Origin: a bacterium
Lineage (GTDB): Bacteria; Hinthialibacterota; Hinthialibacteria; Hinthialibacterales; Hinthialibacteraceae
DNA: 18,448 bases
Assembly (NCBI GenBank): GCA_041946805.1
Contig: JBHGBC010000121.1
Span: 1-18,448, forward strand
Reading direction: 5' to 3'
The notes below the pieces were generated by a model. It saw nothing but the letters and a program-made list of their open reading frames with translations. It did not search any database and had not been told where the DNA came from. Shown piece by piece: positions 14,616-18,448 of the stretch; positions within the stretch are counted from its first letter, which is position 1; each line of letters opens with the position of its first letter. The translations under genes were made by a program, and so were the position numbers.

Positions 14616-16220
14616 TCAGTGGCGGCCCTCGAGGTGAACCGAATCCTTCAGGGTGTCCTGCTCGAACGAAACCGGTTGGCGGGCCTGTTCCAAATCATTG
14701 TCCTGGAGTTTGATATTTCGGGTTTGTGCCCCGCCGACACTCACGAAGGTTCCACAGTTTTTCTCCGCGAGGCAATCATGAAGGATTCCCCCCTCGGTGT
14801 CGTATAATTCCACCGCCGGAGCCGGTCCGGTTATGAGTCCTTGCCGGCCGCGGAAGTGATCCACGTCGAAGCCGGTTACATGTCGAAGAGCCAATGCGCT
14901 CTTCCACAGCGGTTCGGTCTCGTTCTCGTCCCAGTTCACGGACACATCGCGTAGAGTCAATCTGTTGACGCCATCGATCTGGATCGCGTGTGTGGCGCGT
15001 TTGTCCTTCGCGTTTTCAGGCTCCATGAACATCTGAAGATTGGATACGGTGATGTTCTCCAGCCGCCGATCGGTATGGCCGGTCATGGTGCTGGTGCCCC
15101 GGGCGTGGGAGATGACCTGGTCAATCACGATGTCGCGGATCGCCCCCAGTTTCGATTCCGGTGTGCGTTTCTTCAGGATGAACTTGAAGGTTTCCGCGCT
15201 GCCCCACCAGTTCCAATGCCGGCGGTTCAGGTCCATCGTGATGTGCGAGAAAACCACGTCGCTGACCGTGGCGCCGTCCTGCACGTTGATGCCGAAACCC
15301 TTGTTGGAATCGCGGATCACCGAATTGCTGAACAACACATGCCGGATGTCGGCGTGGGTCTCGGTGCCGATCATCATGGCAGTGGAGGAGGAGGTCAAAA
15401 TGCAGTTGTTGACCGTTACGTTTTCGACCGGCTTGGCGGCTCCGGATGATTCGGACCGCGGAATCGTCTTGAGGACAATCGCGTCATCCGCCGTGACGAT
15501 GATTGAATCCGAGATGACAACATTAGTGGTGGAGACGATGTCGATGCCGTCCGCGTTGACACCCTTCTCCAGGTCGGAGTAAATATGCACTCCCCGGATG
15601 AAGACCCGGTCGCAGTCGTTCAGGCGCACGTTCCACAGGGGCGAATTGATCACCGTGATGCCTTCCAGCCGGACATCCGTCGAATCGTTGATGAGGAACA
15701 TATAGCAATTGCTGCGTCCGGGGCGGCGGTAATACCGTTTCATTTCCAAGCCCGCCTGCCGAGCGATCTCGATCTCCTGGGTGATCTCGACATCCAGGCC
15801 TCTCATGTCGGTCCAATCATACTGGGCCAAACCGTCGAGCGTGCCGCGGCCGGTCACGGCGATGTTCTTGGTCCCTTCCGCGTGAATCAGGCTTTGGCCG
15901 CCGTTGGGGAAATCGGAGCGGTCCTGGCTTAGAAACAGGGTAGCGCCGGCTTCGAGGTGCAGATTGACGTTGTCCTGGAGCCGGATCGAGCCGCAGGTGT
16001 ATTCCCCCGGTTCCACGTAAACCACACCCCCGCCGGCCGCGTGGCAGGCGTCTACCGCCGCCTGGATGGCCTGGGTTGCGTTATCCGCCCGGTTCCCCGC
16101 CGCGCCGAATTCCCGCACCGGGAAGATCCCCCGCGCGGGCGAAGGCGGTTGACTTGACAACGGAACCGCCAGGCCTGCCACGAGGCTCATCGAGATCAAT
16201 AGAATGTGTTTTTTTCGCAT
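14616..16220 (-). CDS. GH28-like parallel beta-helix glycoside hydrolase (polygalacturonase-like), secreted
   Basis: Signal peptide, V..FGA.G....T.AIQAAVDAC...GGG.V.V.PG.Y..G.I.L..NV.LHLE.GA, I.V.G.GTLDG, NSPLWN, NADGID, ADDAIVLK and IGTET. GGAG RBS. Confidence 0.88.
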   Translation of the reverse strand: MRKKHILLISMSLVAGLAVPLSSQPPSPARGIFPVREFGAAGNRADNATQAIQAAVDACHAAGGGVVYVEPGEYTCGSIRLQDNVNLHLEAGATLFLSQDRSDFPNGGQSLIHAEGTKNIAVTGRGTLDGLAQYDWTDMRGLDVEITQEIEIARQAGLEMKRYYRRPGRSNCYMFLINDSTDVRLEGITVINSPLWNVRLNDCDRVFIRGVHIYSDLEKGVNADGIDIVSTTNVVISDSIIVTADDAIVLKTIPRSESSGAAKPVENVTVNNCILTSSSTAMMIGTETHADIRHVLFSNSVIRDSNKGFGINVQDGATVSDVVFSHITMDLNRRHWNWWGSAETFKFILKKRTPESKLGAIRDIVIDQVISHARGTSTMTGHTDRRLENITVSNLQMFMEPENAKDKRATHAIQIDGVNRLTLRDVSVNWDENETEPLWKSALALRHVTGFDVDHFRGRQGLITGPAPAVELYDTEGGILHDCLAEKNCGTFVSVGGAQTRNIKLQDNDLEQARQPVSFEQDTLKDSVHLEGRH

Positions 16221-16314
16221 GTCATATCTCCGGTTGAGGAATCACAAGCGTACGTTCTACCACCATCGTGTATGAACTCATCTCTATAAAATACAGGCCG
16301 TATAACATCTGATA

Positions 16315-17142
16315 AGTGCCTGTATTTTGTCATCTTATCTGGATTGAGGGAACCGGTCATGAATTATCCGAGCGATTTGACCGATCCGCAATGGAAGGCC
16401 ATCCGCCCGCTGCTCGAATACCCCAACAGGTATGGCAACCGACGCAAACATTCCCTGCGTATCATGTTCAACGCCATCCTCTACTGGTGAAGACCGGGTG
16501 CCAATGGCGAAAGTTGCCCCATGATTTGCCGAACTGGAAAAGCGTTTACCGCTTTTACGCCCGGCTGTGCTGGTGGAACGCCTGGGAAAAGGTCTTGGAT
16601 GAAATCAATCGCCGACACCGGGTCCAGCAAGGCCGCAATCCGTACTCATCCTACGTCATCATCGATTCGCAAAGCGTGAAATCCGTCAGCGGCAGAGATC
16701 AGCGGGGCTTCGACGGGGAAAAAAAGGTGGAAGGAAGAAAGCGTCATATCGGCGTGGACATGGAAGGCCATTTGTTGCATGTGGAGGTGACGGCGGTGAA
16801 CACATTGGACACGATAATGGGGGGCTATGTGATCGAATCGGTGATCACGAAACACCCCACCGTCGAAGCAGCCTCCGCGGACGCGGGGTATCGTGGCAAC
16901 ACGATCCATTACGCGGAGATCCGGCTCGACACGCTGGTGCATATCTCCACGAATATTCGAGACACATTTGCCGTGTTACCCAAACGGTGGATTGTAGAAA
17001 GGACATTCGCATGGTTCAACATCGAGCGCCGGTTGGCCAAAGATTATGATGTCAATCCCCTGCATTCCGAGAATCTGATTCGGATCGCCATGTTGAAGAA
17101 AACCCTCGCGTGGCTGTGCTCGATTTCATGAAGACAGGTTCT
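16315..17142 (+). mobile_element. IS5-family insertion sequence (IS1031/IS427-like), 828 bp
   Basis: Imperfect terminal inverted repeats AGTGCCTGTATT and reverse-complement AGAACCTGTCTT (9/12), flanked by TA on both sides (16313-16314, 17143-17144), enclosing a DDE transposase. Confidence 0.8.
16359..17131 (+). pseudogene. IS5-family transposase with a 1-nt deletion frameshift near 16484
   Basis: From the ATG at 16359 the frame reads MNYPSDLTDPQWKAIRPLL...MFNAILYW and stops at 16488-16490. The -1 frame continues LVKTGCQWRKLPHD, IIDSQSVK, GRKRH..VD, ADAGY, RWIVERTFAW, RRLAKDY. The ORF-track N-terminus from 16316 is out-of-frame sequence. Confidence 0.88.
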
Positions 17143-17206
17143 TACTGATGCCTTCCGTCCTTCACCTGCAAAGCCTTTGCCGAAAGGTAAAAAATGAGAA
17201 TTTTAA

Positions 17207-18448
17207 TTAGGATTCTGATACAGCCATGCGATTGAACTCAGTATCATGTTTTTCCCAAATCTTTTCCAACTCCCGCACCTTCTCGCTATATTGTGCGGCC
17301 AAGTTATTCATTTCGCACCGGTCGATTTTCAAGTTGTATAGTTCCCATGGTCCTTGACAACCGGCGGATACTAATTTCCAGTCGCCGATCCGGATAGCCC
17401 GGTTGTTTAAGTGGTGAAAATAGAAAAACTCGTGGGGCACGCTTCCATCCGCGAAAAAGGCCGGCGCCAGGCTGCGTCCCGCCAGCGGTGGAACAGGTTT
17501 CTCTTTCCACATGGACGATGGCTTGATACCAGACAAATCCAGAATGCTGGGCAGCAGATCAATAAAATGGCCAGGATTGTGCCGTAATTCCCCTCTTACC
17601 TGGAGACCGTTCGGCCAATGGACGAGGAGCGGGGAAGCGATGCCGCCTTCGTGCACCCAGGATTTATGCAGACGAAAGGGAGTGTTGGCGGCGCTGGACC
17701 AACCGGGACCGAGGCATAGAAACGACCGTGGCGAACCCGGCGGAACCGACGGATCGTGCAGGTCACCGCGGATCATCTGCTCGGCGCTGGCGCCATTGTC
17801 GGATACGAATAAAATCACGGTGTTCTCGAAATCTCCCATTAATCTCAATTGGTCTAACACACGGCCGATCTCACGGTCCATCCGGTCGATCATCGCCGCG
17901 TGAATCGCCATCTTGTGGGCCTGAAATTTTTTCTGTTCTTGGGTCAAATCGTTCCAAGGGATGGCGCTACTCACTTCCCCAGGCCCGATCTGTCTCCGCA
18001 ATTCATCCGCCGACAGATTCCAGTCCGGTTTGACATCCGGTTCGAGCCGCGATAATTCACAGTGGATGATGCCCCGGTCGCGCATCCACCGCCAGCGGGA
18101 TTGCCTTATGGCGTCCCATCCGATGGTGTAAAGTTCGCGATACCGGTCGATATCGGCCTGCAACGCCTGCAAGGGAAAATGGGGGGATGTAAAAGCCAAA
18201 TAGTGAAAAAACGGCCGGTCTGAATAATCCGTCGCGTGTTCCCGCAGGCAGTGGATCGCATGATCCGCGATGGCCGTGGTCGCGTAATACCCACTGCCGG
18301 TGGAAACCGCGGGCAGTGGTTGATCATCCTCCCAATGTTTTTGGGGCGAAAAGAAACGGTCTTGGTCATCCAGGCGGTACGAGTGATCGAATCCACCGTC
18401 CTGGCAGGGCATGGGGGCGCCAAAGATATGCCATTTTCCGGAATGATA
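17207..18448 (-). CDS. Arylsulfatase-family sulfatase (partial, N-terminus beyond the right edge)
   Basis: The frame is open to the edge: YHSGKWHIFGAP precedes the ORF-track Met. Motifs GKWH, PFFHYLAFTSPHFPLQA, MD.EIGRVL, NTVILFVSDNG, NTPFR..K...HEGGI..P, IDLLPSIL, R.GDWKLV, WELYNL..D..E..NLA. Confidence 0.93.
   Translation of the reverse strand, partial: YHSGKWHIFGAPMPCQDGGFDHSYRLDDQDRFFSPQKHWEDDQPLPAVSTGSGYYATTAIADHAIHCLREHATDYSDRPFFHYLAFTSPHFPLQALQADIDRYRELYTIGWDAIRQSRWRWMRDRGIIHCELSRLEPDVKPDWNLSADELRRQIGPGEVSSAIPWNDLTQEQKKFQAHKMAIHAAMIDRMDREIGRVLDQLRLMGDFENTVILFVSDNGASAEQMIRGDLHDPSVPPGSPRSFLCLGPGWSSAANTPFRLHKSWVHEGGIASPLLVHWPNGLQVRGELRHNPGHFIDLLPSILDLSGIKPSSMWKEKPVPPLAGRSLAPAFFADGSVPHEFFYFHHLNNRAIRIGDWKLVSAGCQGPWELYNLKIDRCEMNNLAAQYSEKVRELEKIWEKHDTEFNRMAVSES

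Noticed and set aside
16316..16483. N-terminus of the ORF-track 271-aa transposase
   Set aside because: It begins inside the left inverted repeat and is out of frame with the recognisable YPSDLTD..W start at 16359.
17174..17194. Hairpin CCTTT-GCCG-AAAGG downstream of the sulfatase as a terminator
   Set aside because: The stem is short and weak with only three T residues after it on the minus strand, which is too little support.

Overview
Bacterial genomic window with no rRNA, tRNA or CRISPR array seen. The left two-thirds (1-12323) holds two signal-transduction modules set back to back. On the minus strand, a BlaI-family repressor and an M56 (BlaR1-type) peptidase fused to a Kelch-like propeller are followed by two tandem paralogous secreted proteins; the one at 1-592 is missing from the ORF track because it runs off the edge. 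On the plus strand, a large propeller/Y_Y_Y/HisKA_3 sensor kinase, a NarL/LuxR regulator and a receiver-only paralog are followed by a third member of the same secreted family and a frameshifted serine-hydrolase-fold protein whose catalytic motifs are replaced. Four observations stand out. (1) Three secreted proteins of two unrelated folds end in a shared [ST]-[SA]-V-x-x-W-x-x-[YH]-x tail, a candidate sorting signal. (2) The kinase ectodomain carries the secreted family's two domains in swapped order. (3) An ungapped 59-bp promoter repeat lies upstream of two plus-strand genes. (4) The hydrolase has Cys at two catalytic positions. The right third holds an IS66 remnant and a minus-strand sulfatase - GH28-like - DUF4874/DUF4832 cluster, with a frameshifted IS5-family element between the sulfatase and GH28-like genes. 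All family calls come from motif recognition by eye; no database searches were run.
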